Origin: Mobula hypostoma
Lineage: Eukaryota
NCBI RefSeq assembly: GCF_963921235.1
Contig: NC_086097.1
Location: 176,950,001-177,014,000, forward strand
Reading direction: 5' to 3'
DNA: 64,000 bases
This document shows, piece by piece, positions 25,568 to 38,842 of this stretch. Each line of letters begins with the position of its first letter. Position 1 is the stretch's first letter. The notes under the pieces were generated by a model. The model did not search any database. It was not told the origin of the DNA and saw only the letters and a list, made by a program, of their open reading frames with translations. The translations under genes were made by a program, and so were the position numbers.

Positions 25568-26751
25568 AATTTGGTGTGGTAAGCTTCAACAGGGAATTCA
25601 GCAAGCAATGAAAGTAAAGTTGGCTGGTGCTGTGGACATCTGAAGTTAAAAAAAACAATGATGCTGCCTAACCCCTGCCAGGTGTTCCTAACATTTTCTG
25701 TTTTCAAGCTAGAATTGAAGCTGAAGTGACTTCACCCAAGGAGCAGTGAGAATGGCAACAGAGACATTACTCAGCTAGTTCTTTTGGAAGGCAGCACCCA
25801 GAGTGAGTCACAAGCTGATATGGAGATTCCAATGTACAGGACCACAGGAGGCTGCAGAGGGTTGTAATTGCAGCCAGTTCCATCACGGGCATGATGGAAC
25901 AACATCGGGGACATCTTCATGAGGCAATGCCTCAGGAAGCTGGCATCTATCACTATGAACCTTTACCATCCAGGACTTGCTTTCTTTTAATTTCTACCAT
26001 TGAGGAGGAGGTACTGGAGCCTGAAGACCCACACTCAGTGATTCAGAAACAGCTTCTTCCCCTTCGCCATTAAATTTCTGTATGATCCATGACCTACAAG
26101 CAATGCCTCATTATTTATTTTTGCATTATTTATTTATTTTTGTAAATTTATTGCGATTTTATGTCTTTGCATTGTACTGCTGCAGTAAAACAACAAATTT
26201 CATCTCGTACGTTAGGAGTAATAAATCTGATTCTGATTCTAAATCAGGTTAACATAGTGGATTCTGACAGCACATTCCCCAGAATAGGAATCTAAAAGCA
26301 GAGTTTCAAAACAAGGGATATCCCATTTAAGACAGGGACCAGAAGAAATTGCTTCTCTTGAAGGGTTGTCAGAGACATGGGGATGAGTCCTTGAGCTTAT
26401 TCAAAGCAAAGATGGACAGATTGTCAGCTAATAAAGAATTAAGAGTTCGGGATGCAGGCAGGAAAAGTGAACGTAGAACATAGAACAGTACAGCACAGGA
26501 GCAGACCCTTCAGCTCATGATATATCTGCTGAGCATGATGCCAAATTGAACTAATCCCCTCTGTCTGCACATGATCCATATCTGCCTATTCCATGGACGT
26601 ACATGCATCTATCCAATGGTCTCTTGAATGTCACTATTGCATCTGCTTCCACCAGACAGCCTATTCCAGGCACCTACAAAAACTTGTCCTGCACATCCCT
26701 TTCGAATTCTCCCCAATCACCTCAAGTGCACGCACTCTCGTACTTCGCATT

Positions 26752-27880
26752 TGTTTTTTTTTATTACTTTTATAATTTTTTTTTGCTCAGCATAACAAAA
26801 CTTCCTATTTCCAGATGCACTTACATTTACATTTCTTCCCCTCACAGATAGCAGGTATCAGAACACTTCCATCAAAATATAGACATCACCATAACATCTT
26901 ATACAAAAGCCCTTATTAGTATAGCAGACAGGTTTACATCTATATACAGCAGAAAAGGTTGCCATGTTTTATGAAAACTATTTGATTTTGAGTGTACCAT
27001 ACATGTCAAAAAGTCCAAAGGAATGTATTCCATGATTAATCTACACCAACCAAAAAGTCCAGGGGCCTTATCGGATACCCAACAAAGTAAAATGTTCTTC
27101 TCGCACAAAAAGTCGGGATGTTAAAAAGTTTTTTCTGATGTGCATTAATAATATGGCTGCTGGGTAAGCCTAAGAGAAAAGACATTGGGTCCAGTTCAAG
27201 CTCCATCCTCAGAATTGTTTCCATTTCACCCAAAATATCACTCCAGTATGCCTGAAGTTTGGGACAAGTCCAAAAACAGTGGGTGAAAGTTCCAGTATTT
27301 ACTTTACATTTAGAACACATTGGAGAAACCCCCGTCTTAAATTTCAAGAGATGATCTGGAGTCAGATGGGCTCTAGGCAGGATTTTGAATTGCAATGCTT
27401 TAGTTCTATTACAAACTGAAATCTTCTTTGCATTATCACAGATGTCTTCCCATGTTTCAGCTGTAATTTCTACTCAGCTGTTCCTCCCAGACCTTTCCCA
27501 GCTACTCAGCCTCTCCACAAGAACATTCCCTCAGGATGCTGTAAAAAGTACTAATAGAGACTTCACCCTTAGAACGAAACCCCCTCTTTTCTATGTCAGA
27601 ACTATAGAAATCAATTAACCATTATGTTTTTTTCTGTATATCATCTCTTTTCTGAAAAAAACAAAAAAGATCCTTGTTGGGTATGTTAAATTCCTGTATT
27701 ATTTGACTAAAAGACATCATCGTTCCTTCATCAAACAAATCTCCTAGATGGAAAATACCCTTAGAAATCCAAAGTTTAAATCCAGAATCCATTATGCCAG
27801 GCTGAAAATCTGGACTGCCGGTTTTTGGAATGAAGGGTGATATTATGGCTGCGATGCCCTCAATTTGTCGCACCGCCCTC
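26752..27880 (-). mobile_element. 5'-truncated L1-clade LINE (ORF2 C-terminal Cys/His domain, 3' UTR, A-rich tail)
   Basis: QFKIL.RAHLTP...CSKC...GTFTHCFWTCPKLQAYW, with a T-rich tract at 26752-26785 on the plus strand. Confidence 0.85.
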
Positions 27881-28889
27881 GTAAGAGAATTTAGCTGTCT
27901 GTCCTCCTATCTATGCCACTTGTAATTTTATAAACTTCTATCAGGTCTACCCTCAGCCTCCACCACTCCAACGTGGATCCGAAGCCCAAGTCTGGATCGA
28001 ATATGATCTGATAAACAGGCAGAATAGGTTTGAAGGTTCAAATGGTGTCTCCATTCCCACTCCTTATAAACACAAGAGATTCTGCAGACACTGAAAATCC
28101 AGTGTTATGCTTTGTAACTCCAAAAACTAACCAAAAGAAAAAGACAAGAGCCCAGGAAAGTGTGTCTACTTTACTTTCTTTTAGTGAAGCACTCACATAT
28201 GATGCAGTGGCATGACATGTGTCATTTACATACTTTTAAATAGAACCCGTAATGAATTATGCAAACAACAAAGGATAATTAATCAAATATATTACTCAAA
28301 CATTACTGAAGTATTAAACATACTACACTTCTGCCTGATTATTTATAAACTACAACTCAACAAAGAATGCATCTCGACTATATTCAGTAAATCAATAATA
28401 CAACTACCATAAAGACATTCACAGCATAGTAAGTTTTAATTTGTCCAATTCAGGCCTAAAGATTTAATCGCTGTGGGGGCTTTCTTACTCTGTGGGATAA
28501 TGTCTTCCCTAACGAAGGAGATCACTCTGCTTGGGTAGTGAGACTTATAACTTGATGCATCCTCAGGTTCTGGGCCTCCTCCATGGTGGTTGTAGGAGTT
28601 GTCTGTGAGCCTGCTGAAAATGGTTCTGACAGCTTTGGACAGATTTCCACTCTAACAATTGATTCTGCTCTTCTTAATTGATCAAGGTGCTGTCTCCAGA
28701 TGACATCAAGTGCAATCTCCACTGTGTAGGAGAACGGTCAGTTCTGTCCTTCGTCTTTCCAACACCCTCTATTGATCACCTCTGTAGTCCCTCACCAGGA
28801 CTGCTTGTTCAGGACTGAAACATTGAACCTCCTTGTTTGAGCAGCCCTCAATTAGTCTCAGGTGTTTGTACCACATACTCTTCTGAGAA

Positions 28890-29577
28890 TGAGTTTGAAG
28901 AGACATCTTTACGTTATGTCTCCATTCAAATGTGCAATGTGCAATTATAGTAATTTATAATAAATATTATGTACAACAGAATAGTCAATATAACATAGAA
29001 ATACAGTCCCGTCAACATGAATTAAGCAGTCTGATGGCCTGATGGAAGAAGCTGTCCCAGAGGCTGTTGCTCCTGGCTTTTATGCTGCGGTACCATTTCC
29101 CAGATGGTAGCAGCAGGAACAGTTTGTGGTTGGGGTGACTTGGATATCCAATAATCCTTTGGTCCCTTTTTACACACCTGTCTTTATAAATGTCCTGAAC
29201 TATGGGAAGTTCGCATCTACAGCTGCGCTGGGCTGTCTGCACCACTCTCTGAGGAGTCCTGTGATTGAGGGAAGTACAATTCCCACACCAGGTAGTGATG
29301 CAGCCAGTCAGGATAGTCTCAATTGAGCCCTATCGAATGTTCTTTGAATTTGGAGGACCATACTAAAATTCTTCAACTGTTTGTGGTGAATGAGGCACAC
29401 AGCCAGTAAGTACAGACCACATGAGATCCTTGATGATGTTTATGCCGAGGAACTTAAAGCTGTTCACCCTCTCAACCCCAGATCCATTGATGTCTATAGG
29501 GATTCGCCTGTCTCCATTCCTCCTGTAGTCTACAACCAGCTCCTTTGTTTTAACGACGTTGAGGGAGAGGTTGTTAG
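28890..29577 (-). mobile_element. Rex1-type LINE 3' fragment nested in the old gypsy
   Basis: NNLSLNVVKTKELVVDYRR..ERVNSFKFLG and HPNHKLFLLLPSGKWYRSIKAR..SFFHQAIRLLN. Confidence 0.85.
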
Positions 29578-32529
29578 TATCCCAAACAGTGCACAGCAAG
29601 CTGTTCAGTCTGCTGATCAATCCCAGACAAAGCTTTGAGCCCAAGCTTTCATTTTGACCACACTTGGATGACTGGCATGTAGCACCTCCAACACATTAGC
29701 TCTCTCCCAGCTTGGATGGTGCAACAACTCTCAATCCCCATATAAAGCAACCCCCATCAAGGGCAAGTTCATCCTAGTGCTGGTAAAAAATGGGGCAACT
29801 GGATTTTCTGCTGTACATGCCAGCCATTTTGGGTTGCCATGTAGACCTGAGACAGTATGTGGGTCTTTTCTGATCACTCTCTCGATCATCTCTTCTGTAA
29901 TAGGGAGACATCTGATTTGCATTAGGGAAAATATGTCAAAAGGAGTGTGCTGTTCTGTAAATTTTTCAGGTATTTCCCTTTCCAGGGCAAACGGGGAAAT
30001 CCAACAGCATTTCCATGATTATTTTTCCTCTTGAATTCGAACTTGTAATTGTGTCCTCCAAGAACCAGAGCCCAACTCTGCACTTATACTGCTGCTGTTA
30101 GTATAACACCCTTCGGTGGTTTGAAAATGGACAATACTGGTTGATGATCAGTAATGAGGGTAAACTCTCTCCCGTACAGGTACTGGTTGAAATGTTTTAA
30201 AACCTAAACCAGACTTAAGGCCTCTCTGTCAGAAGGAATATGATGCAAAGACATTCACTTCCTTCACTTGTAACAGGTGACATGACTGCACCTATACCAT
30301 AAGACGAGGCATCACGGACAAGCTTCACTGGACAATGTGAATTATGATGTGTGAGTACAGTGTTTGACATCATCATTCCTTTACTTTTTGGAAAGCCACT
30401 CCACACTGCTTTGTCCATTGCTATTTCTTCCCAATCTGTAGTAATTGAGTTCAAGGGGTGGAGCACAGTAGCCAGGTTTGGCAGAAACCCGTTATAGCAA
30501 TCAATAAATTCTAATAATTACCACAATTTTGACATGTCCTTTGGCCTTGGGGCATCTACCACTGATTAAATTTTCTTAGCACACCTGTGTAATTCTTGTG
30601 CGTCAATGGTGTGATCACAGTAGGTGATGCTTGGTTTAAAGAATTTGCTCTTGTCATATTGTGCAGAGAGCCCAAAAACTTCTGATCTTTTTTAGCATTG
30701 TCCTGAGATTTTGGAGGTCATCCTTACCAGTAACAATGATGTCTTCCAGGTAACACTGAGTGCCTGGGCAGTCTAGCAGCACCTCATCCATAGCTTTCTG
30801 CCTGAGTGCAGGTACAGGTGCTATTCCAAAAATAAATCTATTTTAGCAGTAAGGCCCTTTGTGAGTAATTATGGCGAGAAACACTTTGGACTCTTCTTCC
30901 GTCACTATCTGTAGGTAGGCCTCAACTAAATCCACATTGCTGAAGTGTTTTTCTCCAGAAAGATTTGCAGATATGCACTATCCTGAGTAGAAGATATTGA
31001 TCTACTTTCAGTACTGGGTTGATGACAACTTCAAAATCACCACAGAACATGACAGAACCATTCTTCTTGGCGACTGAGACCACTAATGTTGCTCAGGGGC
31101 TCCACTCAACCTTGGGATGAATTATTTTAGCCTCCATGTAATCTAGCTCACTGGCTACTTTATCACAGATGGTATAAGAACAGGATGGGCTTTGAAAAAC
31201 GTGAATGTGGCATTTTCATTTAACACTATTTTACCCCTGATGTTTGAGTTTTCCATTGCCAGTTTGAACCCAGCTGTGGCATCATCCAGTACCTTTCTTA
31301 ATTTGTTTTCAGTCGACTTCATTGCAGGGAATGTGTCATGCAAATTTTGGAGGATGGATCTCCAATCAAGCTGTAGTTATCTCAGCTAATCATGGTCCCT
31401 ACACTGCTGGCCCGTCTGTTTTTACCACTTACAAACTCAATGTGGTTTGTTGGTTTTTGTTTACTGTTACAAATGTCATTCCCACAGAAGTTATCTCTTC
31501 TCAAGTATAAGTTCTCAGTTGGATATCTGCAGGCTTCAGTTCAGTATCTTTGAAATGCCATTCAAACTTGTTTTGTGGAATGACTGAAACAGCTGAGCCA
31601 GTCTCCAATTTAATTTTAATTAATTTGCCTTTCACCTTCTGGTGAAAGCAATATTGCTTGTGTATTGTTAGTTTTCACATTTTAAATCTCCAGGCTATTC
31701 TGGCCTGAGTTACTCTCATCATTATCAGATTTTTGCAACAACATGCTCTTTTTGAAACTTCAACTTGACTTTTTAGCTTTTTCTCTTCCCTGAGTAGTCC
31801 ATTTATTTTGTCTGACTGAATTGCTCTTTGTATGTGTCCTACTTTGTTCCATTTTCTGCAAAATACACCTTTAAATCTGCATAGGTCTAGCGTATGTCAG
31901 CTCCTACTACAACAGTAACACAACTTGTTCAGCAAAGCTGGCTTCTGTTTCTACTTCGCAATTTTGTTCACACTCACTTTCATTCCTGACTGCGGCTCAA
32001 TTGTGTCTCTAGCTGTTGTTTCCATTGATACAGTGGCTTCAACTGCTCTTTTAATTGTGCGTTGTGCTTCTGATAGGAGCGGTTTTTGAATGCTTTCATG
32101 AAAGATTTTACAAACTAAATATTCACTCAGTGCGTCATTAATCCCATCACTGAATTGACAATGCTCAGATCATTTCTTCAATTCAGCCACATAAGCTGCA
32201 ATGGACTCCCCTTTCTTTTGATTCTGCTTATGAAACCTAAAGCATTCAACAATTAACAATAGTTTGGGTTCTAAATGTTTCTGCATTACTTTCACAATAT
32301 CAACAAAGCACATTCCAGCTGGTTTGGTTAGAGCAGTCAAACTTCAAAGCGAACTGTATACTTTTCCACCTATTAACACTCAGAAAAACTGGCACTCACT
32401 ATTCATTAGCTATTTCATTTGCTTTAGAATTCTGCTCAATCCATTCAGTGTACGTCACCCAGTTACCCGTTGTGCAATTGAATATGTCTATCTTTTCAAC
32501 ATAGCCAGATAATTTTGCTTTTATTTGAT

Positions 32530-33161
32530 ATTAGATTAGATTAGATTATGAGGACATGCAGTCCTCTTTTATTGTCATTTAGTAATGCATGCATTAAGAA
32601 ATGATACAATATTCCTCCAGTGTGATATCACAAAAACACAGGACAGACCAAGACTGAAAAACTAATAAAAACCACATAATTATAACATATAGTTACAACA
32701 GTGCAACAATACCATAACTTGATGAAGAACAGGCCATGGCACAGTAAAAAAGTTCAAAGTCTTTCAAATATCCCACATCTCACGCAGATGGGAGAAGGAA
32801 GAAAACTCTCCCTGCCATGCCCAACCACAGTCCGACTCTGAGTCGTCCGAAAACTTCAGGCGTCCGATCAGCCCCCCAACACCGAGTACCGAGCACCATC
32901 TCTATCCGAACGATTCAACTTCAGCCTCGGTTGCCAGCAGCAGGCAAAGCCGGGGATTTTGGGGCCTTCCCTATGGAAGATTCTCAATTACCCAGTAACA
33001 GCTGCAGCGAACCGGCGTTTCAGAAATTTCTCCAGATGTTCCTCTGTGCTTTCACGTCTGTCTCCATCAAATCAGAATTGTCCACGGCCCCTATTTAATG
33101 GATACGATATCATTTTTACCAGAGAGCTGCACGCACATGTTGCGCTATCATCTTCTCCTCC
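32530..33161 (-). mobile_element. ~630-bp non-autonomous retroposon, copy A (AAGATG-type head, terminal hairpin, (aatct)n tail)
   Basis: Highly similar to 33728-34343 and related to 52761-53445. Confidence 0.8.
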
Positions 33162-33727
33162 GGCCTTATTATTATTATCATCCAGAACTCACTGTTCACA
33201 AACCCATGAATTTCATCCATTTTCTGCCTTTTTTAAACTTGACCATCTCTCTCCCCTTGCAAAGAAGAAAACATGTTGTACTTTTTTATCTTGAATGTCT
33301 CACTGTGCTTCAACAAATAGGTAGTCGGTTCAGGTTCATTATAAAACTTCCTCACTGCTACTGTTATGTCTTGTAACTCCAAAATCTATTCAAAAGTAAA
33401 ACACAACAACCAGGGAAAACATGTCTAATTTGTTTTATTTTAGTGAGGCACTCACGTGTGACGTAGTGGCATAATGGTGTATGCCCTGTGCATACTTTTA
33501 CACATAACCTGAAATTAATTAGGTAAATAGTAAAGAATAGTCAAACAAAATATTTACAATATTGTTCAAATATTATGGAAATATTAATTACTCTACTCAA
33601 AGCAACACAAACAAAATGCTGGAGAAACTCAGTAGGTCAGACAGAATCTATGGGGGGGATAAACATTCAACGTTTTGTTACAAGACCCTTTATCAAGACT
33701 GGAAAGGAAGGGAGTAGAAAATATATC

Positions 33728-34343
33728 ATTATGAAGACATATAGTCCTCTTTTATTGTCATTTAGTAATGCATGCACAAAGAAATGATACATTATTTCCT
33801 CCGGTGTTATATCACAAAACACAGGACAAACCAAGACTGAGAAAACTGACAAAACCACATAATTATAACATATAGTTACAAACAGTGTAACAATACCATA
33901 ACTTGATGAAGAAGTCCATGAGCACAGTAAAAAGTTCAAAGTTTCTCAGATGTCCCACATCTCACGCAGACGGGAGAAGGAAGAAAAACTCTCCCTGCCA
34001 TGCCGACCACAATCCGACTCTGAGTCATCCGAAAACTTCGAGCTCAGATCAGCTCTCCGACACCGAGTACTGAGTGCCATCTCTGTCCGAACGATTTGAC
34101 CTCCTTCTCGGTCGCCAAAAGCAGGCAAGGCCGGGGATTTTGAGGCCTACCCGCCGAAAGATTCACGACCACACAGTAACGACAGCAGCGAACAGGCGTT
34201 TCAGAAATTTCTCCAGATGTTCCTCTGTGCTTTCAGGTCTGTCTCCATCAAATCAGAATTGTCCACGGCCCCTATTTAATGGATACGATATCATTTTCAC
34301 CGGAGAGCTGCGCACGCGCAGGCGCGCTGCCATCTTCTCCTCC
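33728..34343 (-). mobile_element. ~620-bp non-autonomous retroposon, copy B
   Basis: Shares long near-identical blocks with copy A, e.g. tcagaaatttctccagatgttcctctgtgctttca and ccatcaaatcagaattgtccacggcccctatttaatggatacgatatc. Confidence 0.8.
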
Positions 34344-34384
34344 CACCTTCAATAGAACATAGAAAACAGAGAAGAATGTAGATG

Positions 34385-34785
34385 GAGTGCTCCCTTTTTC
34401 CATTCCCCATTCTTGCTCACCCCCCTCCCTTCTCTTCACCTTCCCATCACCTCCCTCTGGAGCCCTCCTCCTTCTCTTTCTCCCATAGTCCACTCTTCTG
34501 TACTATCAAATTCTTTCTTTGTCATACTTTTATCTTTCTATCTATTACCTCCCAGATTCTCAGTTCATCCTCCCTCCCACACCCACCTACCTTCCCCTTC
34601 ATCTAGCTTTACTGATCACCTGCCAGCTTGTATTCCTTCCCTAAGATCACCTTATTATTCTGCCTTCTTCCCCCTTCCTTTCCAGTCCTGATGAATGGTT
34701 TCAGCCCAAAATATCGACAGTTTATTCCTCTCCAGAGACACTGCCTGACCTGCTGAGTTCCTCCAGCATTTTGTGTGTGTTTCTC
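34385..34785 (+). mobile_element. Penelope-derived 3'/pLTR fragment with decayed hammerhead
   Basis: agtcctgatgaatggtttcagcccaaaatatcgac at 34684-34718, then ctgcctgacctgctgagttcctccagcattttgtgtgtg. Confidence 0.75.
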
Positions 34786-35002
34786 CCAGTCTTTATATTG
34801 TTATTCTCCCCATGAGCAGGATGGGAGAGCACACATATGCTTGGGTTAGGATGAATACGAATACAGAGGAGAAAAACAAAATGGGAGATGGTGATAGGAA
34901 AACTGTAAGAAGCTGAAGTGAATAGTTAATAGTACCAGTGTGGGTTGTAACCAACCCTTTACACCAGCTTGCTTAACATTTTCTCCAAGTAAGAGCACCT
35001 CT

Positions 35003-35460
35003 TCAGTGAGGCACTCCCTCAGAACCCCTTCCCCATCCCAGAGGGTGACACACTTCCTTACAGTCCCTCCCATAATGGGGCGTGCCCACAATACTGCCCC
35101 ACCCACAGGAGGCTCTCCCTAGGTACTGCCCATCCCACAGTACAGTCCCTTCCACAATGGGGCGTGCCCACAGTACTGCTCCTCCCACAGTGTGACACAC
35201 TTCAGTACAGTCCCTCCCACAAAGAGGCATGACCACAATACTGCTCTGCCCACAGGGGGCACTCCCTAGGTACTGCCCATCCCACAGTGTGACACACTTC
35301 AGTACAGTCCCTCCCACACTATGACACTCCTAGTACTGCCCCGTAACAATGAGAAGCCCCTGCGGTACTGCCCATCCCACAGTGTGATGGTCCCTCGGTA
35401 CCACTCCTTTCACAGGTGATGCCTCCTCAGTATTGCCCCCTCCCACAGTGCAATCCCTCC
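35003..35460. repeat. Degenerate 33-bp minisatellite
   Basis: Tandem variants of cacagtgtgacactccctcagtactgcccctcc. Confidence 0.85.
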
Positions 35461-36945
35461 TCTGGCTGCATGGCACTGAAATGGGATTTGACCTCTGAGG
35501 TCGTACCAGGCTTCAAACCTCAGAGTCCCTGCCCACCGATGTATTATAAAACCATTTTTATTTATGGCTTCTTACTTTCAATCCCTCCTGGTAACTGTTG
35601 AACCATGAACCAGGCTCTCAGATCAAACCTGGGCAGATTCCTTTGTTACTGATGAGTTGAGTCAGTCAGTTACAAATTCATGAGCCTGGAGCTGAAATAG
35701 ATCAATTCATCAGAACGGGCCACAGTAAACCAAAGCATCTGCCTGAGTGATTAGACACAAGGCTGGCATCAAAAATATATCTGCAGCTTACTGAAGATTG
35801 TTTTTATTGTCTTTTCAAAGCTAAAAAATATTCTGCTGTTTGCCTTCAGTTCTGAAGGCAAAGTCTTTGTCTGACACATGAAGCAATCAGAGAAAATGCT
35901 TATCAAAATCATAAATCTGCTTGCAAGGGGAGGCAAAGACTATTTTAAAAGCGAATCACTTGACGGCAACCTGTGCTTTCTCAGTGTTAACTCCATGACT
36001 TCTGTCTCATTTAAAAGATTATGGAAATACAGGGCTGCCTTGCACAGTCAAATCAGTCTGGATTTAGGGAGTGGGCTGTCAGCTTTTGATGGGCTGTTAT
36101 TTGTGTGCAGTGATTGATTCTGAAGCAGGAGTTCTTCAGAAACCCTGGCACCTCCTGTAGGCTTTCCAGTGGATTATTGGACTGTGTAATATCATAAATC
36201 AGGAGCGCAGAGGCAACTACATGTATCCATATTTGTGCAGTGGGGACTGATCTCTGTGAGCCAGGGCAAATTCGACACCCTCTTTACGGGAGAATTTCAA
36301 GACTGTGGGGTGCTTTAATCAAATGTCCTTGTAGCCACCCTATTCTTTTGTTCTCTCCAACATCTATCGTCACTGAAGGAAAAGAAAATAGAACAAGTCA
36401 GGGTCGCAGTCACCAAGAACATGAAAGTAGTCACTTCAAAGGACTGGAGGCAGTCAGCTGTGAATATGTCACTTATTCGTAAAGACACTGTTTAATTTCA
36501 GCTCAATTACATTCTCTTACACTACATTGGTGATAGTTAATTAAACTGTTTTGTGCTCCCTATAACAGGGGCCACATCCTAGTTAAAGTAATTTAACAAC
36601 ACAGACCCTTAGAGGAAAATCTAATAAATAAATGTTTTATGTTGAAAGTGGGCCAGAAGAGAAAATAGCCACCTGCCTCCCATCCTAGTTCAAGAGCAGT
36701 GAAAACACCCAGACATAGTCGTAGTCAGAGCATGGTCCAAGTAAGGCTTGTGAAAGCATTTCATGCCTCTATTATTCACTCTGAGTCAAAAGGTTGTGGG
36801 TTCAAAATCCACTCCAGGAACTTAGCTTTTGTACAATAATGTATCTGGGAAATGTGAGACAATTCTTCTCTGTTGGAGGCACAGCTGTAGTTGAAGATGC
36901 TGGAGGAATTCAGCAGGGGGAGTTAGAGATGGAGTTAGTACTTCA

Positions 36946-38722
36946 CAAGATCACAAGACAAAGGAGCAGAAGTAGGCCATTCGGCCCATTGAGTCTGCTC
37001 CACAGCTCCCCCATGAGCTAAACTATTCACCCATCTAGTTCCAATTTCTGGCATTTTCCCCATATCCCTTGATACCCTGACTAATTAGATACCTGTCAAT
37101 CTCCTCCTTAAACATCCTCAATGATCAGGCCTCCACAGCTGTATGTGGGAATGAATTCCACAAATCCGCGACCCTCTGGCTAAAAAAATTTCTCCTCATC
37201 TCTGTTTTAACTGGGTACCCTCTAATTCTAAGACTATGGCCTCTTCTCCTGGACTCACCCACCAAGGGAAACAACCTTTCCACATCTACTCTGTCCAACC
37301 CTTTCAACATTCAAAATGTTTCTAGGAGATCCCCTCTCATTCTTCTATACTCTAACGAATACAGTCCAAGAGCCCACAAACGCTCCTCATATGTTAGCCC
37401 CTGCATTCCAGGAATCATCCTCGTAAATCTTCTCTGAACTCTCTGCAACATCAGTACATCCTTTCGAAGACAGGGGGCCCAAAACTGCACACAGCATTCC
37501 AAATAAGGTCTCACTAATGCCCCATAGAGCCTCATCAACACCTCCTTCCTCTTATACACTATTCCTCTTGAAATGAATGCCAACATTGCATTCGCTTTCC
37601 TTACCGCCAATCCAACTTGGTGGTTAACCTTTAGGGTATCCTGCACGAGAACCCCAAAGTCCCTTTGCACTTTCGATTTTTGAATTTTCTCCCCATCTAA
37701 ATAATAATCTGCCCGATTATTTCTTCTTCCAAAATGTACAATCGTACATTTGTCAACGTTGTATCTCATCTGCCATTTCTTTGCCCACTCTCCTAATCTG
37801 ACTAAGTCTCTCTGCAACCTTTCCGTTTCTTCAACATTTCCTGCTCCTCCACCTATCTTGGTGTCATCCGCAAACTTAGCAACAAAACTATTTATTCCAT
37901 AATCCAAATCATCGATATACATCGTAAAAAGAAGCGGCCCCAACACCAACCCCTGCGGAACACCACTAGTAACCGGCAACCAATCAGAATAGGATCCCTT
38001 TATTCCCACCCTTTGCTTTCTGCCTTTCAGCCAATGCTCCACCCATTTCAATATCTTTCCTTTCCATGGGCTCTCATCTTATTAAGCAGCCTCTTATGCG
38101 GCACCTTATCGAAGGCCTTTTGAAAATCCAAATACACAACATCCACAGCCTCTCCCTTGTCAATCTTATTCGAGATTACCTCAAAAAATTCCAATAGGTT
38201 GGTGAGGCAGGATCTTCCCTTCATGAAACCATGCTGGCTTTGGCCTATCTTGTCATGCACTTCGAGGTATTTCATAACCTCGTCCTTGAGAATTGACTCC
38301 AATATCTTTCCAACTACCGATGTCAGACTGATAGGTCTGTAATTTTCTTTTTGCTGCCTCCTTCCTTTCTTAAATAGCAAAACCACATTTGCGACCTTCC
38401 AGTCCTCCGGAACCATGCCAGAGTCTATTGGTTCCTGTAAGATCATTTCCAATGCTTCCACAATCTCCAAAGCCACCTTCTTCAGAACCCTTGGGTGCAC
38501 CTCATCCGGACCAGGGAGACTTATCTATTCTTAGTCCACTTAGCTGCCCAAGCACTTTCTCTCTAGTAATGTTGACTGTACCTAATTCTATTCCCTGATA
38601 CCTCTGGCTATCAGGTATATAGCTCATGTCTTCCACTGTGAAGACCGATGCAAAATACTCATTCAGTTCCTCCACCATCTCTTTGTTATCCATTATAATT
38701 TCTCCTGCATCATTTTCAATCA
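36946..38722 (-). mobile_element. 5'-truncated CR1 LINE (RT, frameshifted) with a 7-bp TSD
   Basis: NYRPISLTSVVGK, SQHGFMKGRSCLTNL, YLDFQKAFDKVPH, GVPQG, KFADDTK. TSD tacttca at 36939-36945 and 38723-38729. Confidence 0.93.
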
Positions 38723-38842
38723 TACTTCATGGGGCATACAGCACAGCAAAAGGCCCTTCAGCCCATCATGTCCATACTCCTCATCAGCTATTCATCATGC
38801 TAATCCCACTTAGCAGCACTGCTTGAATTCAAAGCTGAGTTT

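Larger units (their letters stand above)
28103..33597 (-). mobile_element. Old degenerate Ty3/gypsy LTR retrotransposon carrying nested insertions
   Basis: Diverged LTR pair 28103-28327 and 33362-~33597, both starting tgttatg..ttgtaactccaaaa. Remnants: gag (~31700-32510), protease (ETGSAVSVIP), RT, RNase H (PVKLVRDASSYGIGAVMS), integrase tail (VIWRQHLDQLRR). Confidence 0.85.
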
